Origin: an uncultured Planktomarina sp.
GTDB taxonomy: Bacteria > Pseudomonadota > Alphaproteobacteria > Rhodobacterales > Rhodobacteraceae
Reading direction: 5' to 3' (one strand)
Length of the DNA: 64,000 bases
NCBI RefSeq assembly: GCF_943788425.1
Contig: NZ_CALSQF010000005.1
The translations under genes were made by a program, and so were the position numbers. Of the stretch, positions 42,906 through 51,572 are shown piece after piece (within the stretch, counting starts at the first letter, position 1; each line of letters begins with the position of its first letter). The notes under the pieces are model-generated. The model did not search any database and was not told the DNA's origin. It saw only the letters and a list, made by a program, of their open reading frames with translations.

Positions 42906-43946
42906 TTAAAATGGCAGTTGCCCCATATAGCTAACGCCCTGACCAGGGATCACCTCGCCCAAGCGGACCGGGCTCATGCCCTGCGCGCTCAAAGCGGCCT
43001 CAACCGCCGTGACCTGCTCCTGCTCTATCGCTAAGATCATGCCAACGCCGCAGTTAAAGGTCTTGAGCATTTCTGCCTCAGAAATTCCACCTGCTTGCGC
43101 CAACCAGGCCATAATCGGCAAAACTGGAATGCGCGCTAAATCAATCGTCGCGCCCAGATCATCAGGCAGCACCCGCGGTAAATTTTCAGTCAACCCGCCG
43201 CCGGTGATATGCGCCATGGCGTGAACCCCACCCGCTTTGAGCGCGGCCAAACAGACCTTAACGTAGAGCGCGGTCGGGGTCAAAAGAGCCGCGCCAAGCG
43301 TGCCGGTGCCCGATGGCGCAGGGCTATCCCAGGTCAATCCTTGATCGGCCACAATTCTGCGCACCAGGGAAAATCCGTTTGAATGCACCCCGCTGGACGG
43401 AAGGCCGATAAGCACGTCGCCCGCGGCAACCCCTTGAGGCAACTGGGTGCCACGTTCCATCGCGCCCACGGCAAAGCCTGCCAAATCAAAATCATCCTTG
43501 GCATACATTCCAGGCATCTCGGCTGTTTCCCCGCCGATCAAAGCGCAGCCAGACAAGCGGCAGCCCTCAGCAATCCCCTCAATGACCTTGGTCGCCTGCG
43601 CCACATGCAGCTTGCCAGTCGCAAAATAATCAAGAAAAAACAATGGCTCTGCGCCTTGACAAATCAAATCATTTACGCACATGGCCACAAGATCAATACC
43701 AACCGTTGAGACATCGCCCGTATCAATCGCCAAACGCAGCTTGGTGCCCACCCCATCGGTTGCGCCGACAAGAATCGGATCTTCATAGCCGGCCGCCCTG
43801 GGATCAAACATCGCGCCGAAACCGCCCAAACCCGACATAGACCCGGAGCGTTGGGTGGATTTGCTAGCCGGCTTGATCCGTTCCACCAATTCATTGCCCG
43901 CATCGATATCAACGCCGGCCTGCGCATAAGTTAAACTTGGGGTCAT
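42906..43946 (-). CDS. purM: phosphoribosylformylglycinamidine cyclo-ligase
   Basis: ORF 42906..44051 trimmed to ATG 43946 ([18 protein letters not shown]...). The longer ORF would run up to the tRNA gene. Confidence 0.92.
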   Translation of the reverse strand: MTPSLTYAQAGVDIDAGNELVERIKPASKSTQRSGSMSGLGGFGAMFDPRAAGYEDPILVGATDGVGTKLRLAIDTGDVSTVGIDLVAMCVNDLICQGAEPLFFLDYFATGKLHVAQATKVIEGIAEGCRLSGCALIGGETAEMPGMYAKDDFDLAGFAVGAMERGTQLPQGVAAGDVLIGLPSSGVHSNGFSLVRRIVADQGLTWDSPAPSGTGTLGAALLTPTALYVKVCLAALKAGGVHAMAHITGGGLTENLPRVLPDDLGATIDLARIPVLPIMAWLAQAGGISEAEMLKTFNCGVGMILAIEQEQVTAVEAALSAQGMSPVRLGEVIPGQGVSYMGQLPF

Positions 43947-44053
43947 TTGAGCACCATTTATTGCAAATTTGCCGCTCCGATACCAGGCTCGGCGACACAT
44001 GTCCATCAAGCCTGCTTGACCCCTGGGATTTCTCTGATAATGAGGTCCCACGG

Positions 44054-44130
44054 GGGCCTGTAGCTCAGCTGGTTAGAGCAATCCGCTCATAACGGATTGG
44101 TCGCAGGTTCAAGTCCTGCCGGGCCTACCA
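44054..44130 (+). tRNA. tRNA with CAT anticodon (elongator Met, or lysidine-dependent Ile2)
   Basis: Manual fold. Acceptor GGGCCTG/CGGGCCT, D-arm GCTCAGCTGGTTAGAGC, anticodon stem ATCCG/CGGAT with loop CTCATAA, T-arm GCAGG-TTCAAGT-CCTGC, encoded CCA. Not an initiator: there is no GGG/CCC in the anticodon stem. The acceptor and D-arm resemble tRNA-Ile. Confidence 0.9.
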
Positions 44131-44274
44131 TTTTTACTTGTTTTGTCGGGTGCCCTGCACCCAAGATCTATAGGTTTAGCGCTCACCACTGATGGCGAAT
44201 GGGAAAACTTTCCAGAGCCGGGCCCAACGCAAAATTGGGCCATCTTCAAAAAAATACTTATTGAGATCAAAATT

Positions 44275-44685
44275 TTATGCGTAAATTATGTCACCCATGG
44301 TAAACATAATATAGAGATGAAATCCCAATAATATGGCTGGAACAATATAGCCCTCAGCTGTCGCCTTGACACCCTCAACTTGCGCCCAATTGCCCTTAAC
44401 AGTCGTATACCCAAATACGAGGAACAAGGCCGCTTGGATCGTTCCAAAGGCAAAGACACTCCATGCCCCAACTGGAGAGGTCAACAATAATATGACATAA
44501 ATAAGCGATTGCGTGAACGTGTAAGTGCCACTCAGCTTGACCATAAATTCAGACCCCGCACCAAGCCCATATTGAGCGATGAACCCATGGGTTAGAAACA
44601 GGCACCGGTAACCATAAAATCCGCCCATGAGGGCTGGAATTAGGATCGCTATAAAGTTGGTGAATCCGCCACTTGCATCAATCAT
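44275..44685 (-). CDS. 136-aa integral membrane protein, unknown function
   Basis: About 4 TM helices. First gene after the tRNA, in AT-richer sequence. Confidence 0.5.
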   Translation of the reverse strand: MIDASGGFTNFIAILIPALMGGFYGYRCLFLTHGFIAQYGLGAGSEFMVKLSGTYTFTQSLIYVILLLTSPVGAWSVFAFGTIQAALFLVFGYTTVKGNWAQVEGVKATAEGYIVPAILLGFHLYIMFTMGDIIYA

Positions 44686-45236
44686 GTCTTCATCTCCTGT
44701 CTTGTCGGGTTTTAACCAAATTTTAAGTGGAGATACCTACGGCACTCATCACCACTACAGTTATTTCGTATTTTGAGTTTGGAAGGGGATTAACAGACGA
44801 TCTAGTTCGAATGTTGAAGCAGTTGTAATGCCGCCCGTGAAGCGCCGCATTCGTCAAGCCACGAGGCACTCAAATTCAACCTAAGGCTTTAAAACACTAA
44901 TCCTAAAATTGACAGCCTGATAGCACCTAAGGTCGGGCGCGCAAAACGGGTCAGAAAATGCAATATTATTTTCATTATATAAACGCAGTAGCAGATTGGA
45001 GCTTTGTCCCGCAGTCAGCCAAACCCAGCATAAAGGACAGGCCAGCGCCTCAAGCACTATACCTGTGCTCACTTGAGATAACAGATCGGGAGTGCGTGGC
45101 TTGGCGGTGGGCAATATTTGGGAAAAAGCGATGGAGCTAATAGAGGCTTCAGTATCAGCAATCTTCGGGTTTCGTAATAAGTTGTTTGCAGAAGTGTTAT
45201 AGGTAGCTTACTCCAAAGACCAACCCCAAATGATAC

Positions 45237-45713
45237 ATGGTATTAGATATGTTTTCCCAATCAAACAGCGATGACCTTTCTTCTCGGCAGAGTTTTTCTA
45301 AGGAGCCAAGGCTACGTCGATCAATTTTGCATGATGGCATAGTTATCAAAGGCGATTGGCAAAGTGACGGTACAGTAGAATTTGGCGGCAGGATTACAGG
45401 CGATTTAACTGTAGATGTCCTCGTAGTGACTGGCACCGGCAATGTGGACGGTAATGTGAGGGCGCGATCTGTCACGGTCGACGGTTATTTGAACGGCACC
45501 ATAGCAGCTGTGGAAGTGGTACTGGGGTCAACAGCCGTTGTCATAGGCCAAGTGGTTGCGGAGAAAATACGAATAGATTTTGGCGCAAATGTCGTAGGTC
45601 GCTTGTCAGCCACCGGTAACCCAACAACTGACAGCACTCCAGCCCAAAATAAAGCCTCTAATGCGACCACTAAAATTGACGATACGTCGTCATCAACCCC
45701 ACGCTTGCTGTAG
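45237..45713 (+). CDS. bactofilin-domain protein
   Basis: 158 aa. Repetitive beta-helix pattern (I.G...DG.V...G.I.GDL.V..L.V...G.V.G.V.A..V.V.G...G) followed by a Ser/Thr-rich tail. Confidence 0.7.
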   Translation: MVLDMFSQSNSDDLSSRQSFSKEPRLRRSILHDGIVIKGDWQSDGTVEFGGRITGDLTVDVLVVTGTGNVDGNVRARSVTVDGYLNGTIAAVEVVLGSTAVVIGQVVAEKIRIDFGANVVGRLSATGNPTTDSTPAQNKASNATTKIDDTSSSTPRLL

Positions 45714-45930
45714 CCTGCCAATCTTAGAAGCCTTCGCTGAAAGCAGAGAAGCTAAAGCTCATGTAACAAATCAGATTACAACGTTTAAGATCCTTTTAGA
45801 ATGTAGTCGTATATATGCTTCTGGATCTTTAATAATTTATATCTTCTTTGAAAATAACTTACTTCAACCGCTCGAAGCTGGTTTAATTAACGAGGGTTTT
45901 CTCACTGTCCTCGATGGACGGGCTAATATT

Positions 45931-46173
45931 ATGTTGTGGCTTTTAATTCTGATGAATATGAGTGCATATTTTAATATTGCATTCAAGATCATGTGCTTAA
46001 TATCTATAATTGTTATGTTAAATGCCACGGTTGATAATTTGGTTCTTTTTACTGGATTAGTGAGTTTTGAGGATCGTCCGTACTTAACAATATTTATAAT
46101 TCCTAGACCACTGTTTTTGGGAGAAATTATTTGGATGGGTATCTTTTACAATAGTGCGCTTGCAGATGACTAA
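45931..46173 (+). CDS. 80-aa hydrophobic peptide in a very AT-rich segment (uncertain)
   Basis: First ATG in frame of ORF 45661..46173 after the bactofilin stop (MLWLLILMNMSAYFNIAF...). Two or three TM segments. Confidence 0.3.
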   Translation: MLWLLILMNMSAYFNIAFKIMCLISIIVMLNATVDNLVLFTGLVSFEDRPYLTIFIIPRPLFLGEIIWMGIFYNSALADD

Positions 46174-46731
46174 GCACATCATCGTCAAGGGCCAAATAAA
46201 CCCTCTAACATCCCGCAGCACCAACTGAGCATCGCCTGTGGCCTCTGCAAGCGCCACACGCTTCTGGAGCTAGCAAACCTGATAGCTGCCGTTGATGACG
46301 ATACCAATGCCGCCTTTGTATCCATCAATGGTTTAGCGGCCACCTCGTCTTCGGGATGGCTTTCAGGTGACAGCTTTATCCGCAACATTTCTGGAGAAGG
46401 CAGACTGCAAATATCTGATCATTTCGACAAGGCTGGGCCCGATCTAGCTCACAAAACCTCAACATACTTTGCTGTTGGCGGCGAGATCCCCGCAGTGTTT
46501 GCACTGATCCAAAACGACGTTGCTCCAAACGCAACTGATATCAGGCTTTTTGAATTCATGATTAAACCCAGCGGCGACATAGAAGCGGTCAACAGGAAGT
46601 GTGTTGCTGCTCCTCTACTATCCAGAAGGGACTATCAGGATTTTCTGACGGATGCGATTGCGTATAACCCGGCTAAAGCTGACTTAATTTTGGCCTCTGG
46701 ATTCCTGTCGGACTTTCGTTCACAGAGATAG
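46174..46731 (+). pseudogene. 186-codon stop-free frame with no start codon until codon 108 (possible 5'-truncated gene remnant)
   Basis: Manual translation: the frame is open immediately after TAA 46171-46173. The ORF track finds only a GTG at 46495. Confidence 0.3.
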
Positions 46732-46743
46732 ATGTGACATAAC

Positions 46744-46762
46744 GTTTTGGGTCTCCCAAAAC
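46744..46762. terminator. perfect 8-bp hairpin GTTTTGGG-tct-CCCAAAAC between convergent genes
   Basis: Seen directly. There is no clear U-tract on either strand, so a terminator role is tentative. Confidence 0.3.
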
Positions 46763-46844
46763 TCGTTCAGCACGTCCCGAGTAGTTTTCACTGCAGACAT
46801 CTAGCCGTTTCCAACGTCATTGCTGGGCCTCAATATGAGGGGCT

Positions 46845-48449
46845 TCATCCTTGGCCATTGGGGCCGGCGTCTTTGTCCGCGTTTGTCATCCAGATATCAA
46901 GCTCGGCGATTTCGGCCTTGCTCATCCGAAGCCCTAATCGCGAGCGCCGCCAAACCACATCTTCAGCGGTGCGGGCATATTCCTTATCCATCAGCCAGAC
47001 AATCTCGCGCTCAGTTAGCGTTACGGCAAAAGCTTTGCCCATATCCCCGATTGATTTGGCATCACCAAGGATCAGCCGGGCCTCGGTGCCATAGGCCCTG
47101 ATCAGACGCCGCGCCCAAAAATCATCCAGAAACGGATAGGTTTCGCGCAATTCCTGGATCAGAGATGCCACACCATCCACTGGAAAATCTCCACCGGGAA
47201 GGTTTACGCCCGCGGTCCAGTCCGGACCGGCCTTGGGGAAAAACGGTGTGATCTTCTCAAGCGCGGACTCTGCAAGTTTACGATAAGTGGTTATTTTTCC
47301 GCCAAATATGTTCAACAATGGCGCGGCTTCACCATCCTGATTTACTTTCAGAACATAATCCCGCGTCGCCGCGGTCGCGGAACTGGCCCCATCATCATAT
47401 AGCGGGCGCACACCGGAATAGCTCCAGACGATATCATCCTTGGGAATTGGCTGTTTGAAGTAATTTGACGCAAAGGCTCGCAGATAGTCGGCTTCGGCCT
47501 CAGTGCATTGTGGTTTTACGGATGCGTCTTCATGATCTGCATCCGTCGTACCGATCAAGGTGAAATCTGTCTCATAGGGAATCGCAAAAATGATCCGCCC
47601 ATCTTCACCCTGAAAGAAATAGCATTTGTCGTGATCAAACAGTTTGCGCGTCACGATATGGCTGCCACGCACCAGACGCACACCTTCAGACGAATTGATC
47701 CGAGCGGTGTTGCGAATGATCTCTTCGACCCAAGGCCCGCCCGCGTTGACCAGCATTCTGGCGACGGTCAGCTGGGTTTCTTTCGTGCTCTGATCTTCGG
47801 TGGTGATATGCCAAACGTCATCGACCCGCTCTGCTGACACCACCTTGGTCCGGGTCATGATTTGCGCGCCGCGCGCCTGAGCATCGCGCGCGTTCAAAAC
47901 CACCAAACGGGAATCCTCGATCCAGCAGTCAGAATACTCATAGGCCTTGGCAAAGCGATTTTGCAACGGCTTGCCGACAGGATCGGCAGCCAGATCAACC
48001 GTTGTCGTGCCGGGTAAGATTTTCCGCCCCCCCAAATGATCGTAGAGAAACAGTCCAAAGCGGATCAGCCAGGCAGGCCTGCGCCCGCACATCCAGGGCA
48101 TGACAAGGCTCAGAATCTTCGATGTCGGCGTGTTAACCTCAAACCGCATATCCTTGTGGTACGGCAATACAAAGCGCATTGGCCAACTGATATGGGGCAT
48201 CGCGCGCAGCAGTGTTTCGCGCTCTTTCAGAGCTTCGCGCACGAGGCGGACTTCGAAAAATTCGAGATAGCGCAGCCCGCCATGGAAAAGCTTGGTCGAG
48301 GCCGAAGATGTCGCAGATGCCAGGTCGTTCATTTCCGCCAGCACCACAGACAGCCCACGGCCCGCGGCATCCCGAGCAATACCGCAGCCGTTGATGCCCC
48401 CACCGACGACGAAGAGATCGACTTCTGAATTTTGTTCTTTTGGCGACAT
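46845..48449 (-). CDS. glpD: FAD-dependent glycerol-3-phosphate dehydrogenase
   Basis: ORF trimmed to ATG 48449 (MSPKEQNSEVDLFVVGGGINGCGIARDAAGRGLSV...). About 534 aa. Confidence 0.88.
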   Translation of the reverse strand: MSPKEQNSEVDLFVVGGGINGCGIARDAAGRGLSVVLAEMNDLASATSSASTKLFHGGLRYLEFFEVRLVREALKERETLLRAMPHISWPMRFVLPYHKDMRFEVNTPTSKILSLVMPWMCGRRPAWLIRFGLFLYDHLGGRKILPGTTTVDLAADPVGKPLQNRFAKAYEYSDCWIEDSRLVVLNARDAQARGAQIMTRTKVVSAERVDDVWHITTEDQSTKETQLTVARMLVNAGGPWVEEIIRNTARINSSEGVRLVRGSHIVTRKLFDHDKCYFFQGEDGRIIFAIPYETDFTLIGTTDADHEDASVKPQCTEAEADYLRAFASNYFKQPIPKDDIVWSYSGVRPLYDDGASSATAATRDYVLKVNQDGEAAPLLNIFGGKITTYRKLAESALEKITPFFPKAGPDWTAGVNLPGGDFPVDGVASLIQELRETYPFLDDFWARRLIRAYGTEARLILGDAKSIGDMGKAFAVTLTEREIVWLMDKEYARTAEDVVWRRSRLGLRMSKAEIAELDIWMTNADKDAGPNGQG

Positions 48450-48559
48450 AATGGCCTCCTTGCCATCTGTTGTGCTGAGCCAAAGCCTTTTTGAAAGCTT
48501 TGGCTTCATAATTTTCTGTTTCAAGACAGAACCCTTAAGCGGCCAATTGGTTCTGACGT

Positions 48560-48879
48560 GCAGCTGAACCTATGTGGCAATTCCCTAAATCGAAGACCGC
48601 GGCACGGTTCAGCTTGAAGTTGAGGCGTGAGTAAAGGTGGTGCGCCTGCAGCCCCATCCAGCCAACCTAACCCCACACCCAGCCTGTCTAGCGCATTAAG
48701 CGAACCGCAGCCACCTCAGCTTGAAATTTACGCATGAATAGAGATGGCGTTGCTGTACCCTCTCACAGTCAACCTAAGCTCACACCCAGCTTGAGTAGCG
48801 CCTTTAGTGGAACACCATGGCCTCAACAGACAAATACCGAGTTTCTGCCCGCTTCAACCGAGTTTAATCTGACATTGCC
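48560..48879 (-). mobile_element. IS6-family remnant E (internally rearranged; keeps the transposase-5' end IR)
   Basis: Right end ctgcccgcttcaaccgagtttaatctgacattgcc matches the 5' ends of copies A and C. The left part matches the transposase 3' coding region. The left boundary is approximate. Confidence 0.7.
48609..48822. repeat. two diverged tandem units (about 107 bp each) derived from the IS6 transposase 3' region
   Basis: Both units start tcagcttgaa. By-eye alignment gives roughly 65-70% identity (48609-48715 versus 48716-48822). Confidence 0.5.
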
Positions 48880-48946
48880 TTCAAGGTTGTTGGCTATTCC
48901 AACTTCAAACATATATGCTTATGACCATACAACTAGAGCCGTAACA

Positions 48947-50233
48947 ATGTCCCCAGAATTCATGTTGGTAACCTTTGTACTGTTTTTAGCAGGCTCGATT
49001 GCTGTGCCAATCGCTTCGCGTTTGGGGCTAGGTTCAGTACTTGGCTACCTTATTGCAGGTATAATCATCAGCCCAATGTTTAACGTAATGGGAGTTGATG
49101 TTGCGGCACTTCAACATTTTGCTGAATTTGGCATTGTAATGATGTTGTTTCTAATTGGTTTAGAGATGCACCCCCGTGAATTGTGGCTGATGCGAAGCAA
49201 GATTTTTGTTATGGGCGGGCTACAAATTGGCCTCACGACCATTCTGGTTATGACTATCTCAATGGGTTTTGGATATGTCTGGACCATGTCATTAACAATA
49301 GGCTTGGTCTTTGCTCTGTCTTCAACAGCCATTGTTAACCAGACACTTATAGAAAAACGATTACTAAAATCAACGGGAGGACGATACACTCTTGCAGTGC
49401 TTCTGGCTCAAGACATTATGGTAATTCCCATTTTAATAGTGCTACCGCTATTAGCCGCGCCTGATTTGATCGAATTAGTTTTGATAGAATTACTGGAGCT
49501 TACTGATGTAAATCAGCAAGATTATCACGTTACTGTAAATACCGTGTCACTGGTTGACGGCTTGAACGGCTGGCAAGCTGCGGCTGTGACGTTTATGGCA
49601 GTGGGAGGCGTCATTGTTTTAGGTAAATTTGCCGTTACGCCACTTTTCCGTTTCGTAGCACAAGCGCGCCTAAGAGAGCTGTTTTTAAGTACAGGCCTTT
49701 TGGTCGTGGTGGGCATTGCCCTGTTGATGACACTGGTAGGACTGCCACCAGCTCTAGGGGCCTTTTTGGCAGGCGTAGTTCTGGCCAGTAGCGAGTACAA
49801 ATATGAATTAGAGAATAATATTGATCCATACCGTGGACTTCTTTTGGGGCTATTCTTCATAACCATCGGCGCCGGAATTAACTTTGATTTGTTATTAAAT
49901 AGCTTTACCATAATTATCAGCCTCACTGTCGGATTGATCGTCCTGAAGTCAGTGGTTTTGATGCTGATAACCGTTATTTATAATTTGAAAGGTATCGATC
50001 GGTGGCTATTCAGCCTAGGGCTGGCTCAAGCAGGTGAATTTGGTTTTGTTCTTGTCACACTGTCAATAACAAAGGCCGTACTGCCCAGAGAATTAGCCGA
50101 CACTCTAATTTTGATTATTACTCTGTCGATGCTGTTGACGCCTATGATTTTTTTTATCTATGACAAGTTTATAGCACCGCTGAATAATAATACACAAAAA
50201 CAAAAAACAAACAATATTGATGAAGAAATTTAG
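48947..50233 (+). CDS. cation:proton antiporter, Kef-type (CPA2) membrane domain without a KTN/TrkA-N domain
   Basis: ORF 48734..50233 trimmed to ATG 48947 (MSPEFMLVTFVLFLAGSIAVPIASRLGLGSVLGYLIAGIIISP...). 428 aa, AT-rich, ending shortly after the last TM segment. Confidence 0.8.
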   Translation: MSPEFMLVTFVLFLAGSIAVPIASRLGLGSVLGYLIAGIIISPMFNVMGVDVAALQHFAEFGIVMMLFLIGLEMHPRELWLMRSKIFVMGGLQIGLTTILVMTISMGFGYVWTMSLTIGLVFALSSTAIVNQTLIEKRLLKSTGGRYTLAVLLAQDIMVIPILIVLPLLAAPDLIELVLIELLELTDVNQQDYHVTVNTVSLVDGLNGWQAAAVTFMAVGGVIVLGKFAVTPLFRFVAQARLRELFLSTGLLVVVGIALLMTLVGLPPALGAFLAGVVLASSEYKYELENNIDPYRGLLLGLFFITIGAGINFDLLLNSFTIIISLTVGLIVLKSVVLMLITVIYNLKGIDRWLFSLGLAQAGEFGFVLVTLSITKAVLPRELADTLILIITLSMLLTPMIFFIYDKFIAPLNNNTQKQKTNNIDEEI

Positions 50234-50302
50234 GAATTTAGATTACAATATTTGCAGACAAACTTAAATTTTTAATAGCTGGAAGGCAGCACTTAAATCC
50301 AT

Positions 50303-50895
50303 TTACTGGTCAGACGACTAAAAACTTGCATCAGATTGCTGCCACAGCCTAAATCTGTGCGCTCAATAATCGACACCACTCGGCGAGCGCGGCGGTATTG
50401 TGACAGTTTCCTGTATAGCTATATAGCACCTTGTCACATTAACGGTGTCACTCCCCCGAAACTGAACCAATAGTGGTTTACATCACTGAAAGGCTGATCA
50501 CTGGCAAATGCCATATATAGTTACTCCATACACCCCCTGTGGCCCATGCATAGGCCCTCTAGTGCTACAATAACGATTTCCTGCGGTGCTGTGATTAGGG
50601 GGGAAGGTCACCCGCATGGATCAAGCGCAGTAACCCCCGACGTTGGTCCACGGACAGCAGCCCAAGTAAAACTATCCACCAGTAACTGTGTCGCAGCAAC
50701 ACTATAGGCAGGACGTGGGTGCATGCTCAATGGTCCGATAGTGCTTAGGCTCTTGGTTCCCGATCCACATGCCTAAGCAATATGGTGCGGTAACCCTAGG
50801 ACAGATTTCCTGTAGCGGAACGGGGAGTGGTTTATCATTGGGCAAGGTTGCAAAGTCGGCCTGCCCGCTTCAAGCAAGTTTAATCTGACAAAGCC
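50303..50895 (-). mobile_element. IS6-family copy C, heavily decayed (about 590 bp, no intact ORF)
   Basis: Both ends match copy A. The right end is ...gcttcaagcaagtttaatctgacaaagcc. The left end is actggtcagacgactaaaaacttgcatcagattgct... The minus strand retains ATG-ATA-AAC-CAC-TCC-CCG-TTC-CGC-TAC (MINHSPFRY; copy A has MTKHSPFRY). Confidence 0.75.
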
Positions 50896-51572
50896 ATCTC
50901 TCGCTTTTCATCTTTTTGGCATGGCACAATAGAAAGTGTAACAGCTGCACTATCAAGGATTGGGATGCCAAGCTCAAGCTCCAACCGATCCGCGATATCG
51001 GCGGCAACGACGTTCGTGCACATTATGATGATGGCGTCTGGTTGGGACGCCGCAACGCCTTTGACCATCCGTTCAATCACCGCAGGGGGTATCGTCGCAA
51101 AATCATGGCTAAGTTTACCGCCGTCACTGCTAGCGGCGATCACCTCGAATCCCAGATCTACATAATTGCGATTTATCTGGGTGGCCACATCATCGGTATA
51201 AGGTGTCACCATCCCCAACCGCTTGGCCCCGAGCTTTCTCAGCCGACGGTTGATATCCAGCACGCAGGTGGTTGCAGCAACACCTGTCTCGTGAGTCACA
51301 CGCTGCACGAAAGCCTCATCGTGTGCAATGCCGATCCAACTGGCCGAGGTTCCACCCCATGTGATCTGGTCAACCTTCGCATCGCAAAGCAGTTTTGCCG
51401 CCGCGACCTGTGCATCCATCTCAAACTGTGCCCGTGAGGTCGCATCGAGTTGCACATCGATCACGCCCAAGCGCGAGACATGCACGCTGACCTCAGGCCG
51501 CTTAGCCTGCAGACGCACGGCCAAAGGCTCTAGTACGACGTTCGACGATGGAATCAGCAGGCCCAGCCGCAT
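50880..51572 (-). CDS. Asp/Glu/hydantoin-racemase superfamily protein (maleate isomerase / arylmalonate decarboxylase-like), 3' end fused into the IS6 end
   Basis: Trimmed to ATG 51572 (MRLGLLIPSSNVVLEPL...). IIIMCTNV Cys motif, while the first catalytic position reads GGTSAS (no Cys). The last codons and the stop lie inside the IS copy C inverted repeat. Confidence 0.7.
   Translation of the reverse strand: MRLGLLIPSSNVVLEPLAVRLQAKRPEVSVHVSRLGVIDVQLDATSRAQFEMDAQVAAAKLLCDAKVDQITWGGTSASWIGIAHDEAFVQRVTHETGVAATTCVLDINRRLRKLGAKRLGMVTPYTDDVATQINRNYVDLGFEVIAASSDGGKLSHDFATIPPAVIERMVKGVAASQPDAIIIMCTNVVAADIADRLELELGIPILDSAAVTLSIVPCQKDEKREMALSD

Noticed and set aside
43947-44051. A purM ORF extension reaching to within 2 nt of the tRNA gene.
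   Set aside because: PurM proteins start close to the [13 protein letters not shown] motif. The ATG at 43946 gives exactly that, so the extension is an artefact of the open frame.
44221-44241. Hairpin GGCCCAA-cgcaaaa-TTGGGCC downstream of the tRNA, considered as a terminator for the 136-aa membrane-protein gene.
   Set aside because: The T-run lies on the wrong side of the stem for the minus-strand gene. On the plus strand only the tRNA lies upstream, and it already has its own T-run.
50396-50870. A stretch of about 480 bp with no ORF of 60 aa or more in any frame. It contains a 9-bp stem hairpin (tgcttaggc...gcctaagca) and repeated TTTCCTG words. I first considered a structured ncRNA, a group II intron fragment or a retron-like element.
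   Set aside because: Both flanks match the ends of the IS6 element at 55731-56548. The minus strand still begins with a recognisable transposase N-terminus (MINHSPFRY versus MTKHSPFRY). A decayed, internally deleted IS6 copy (feature 50303-50895) explains it.
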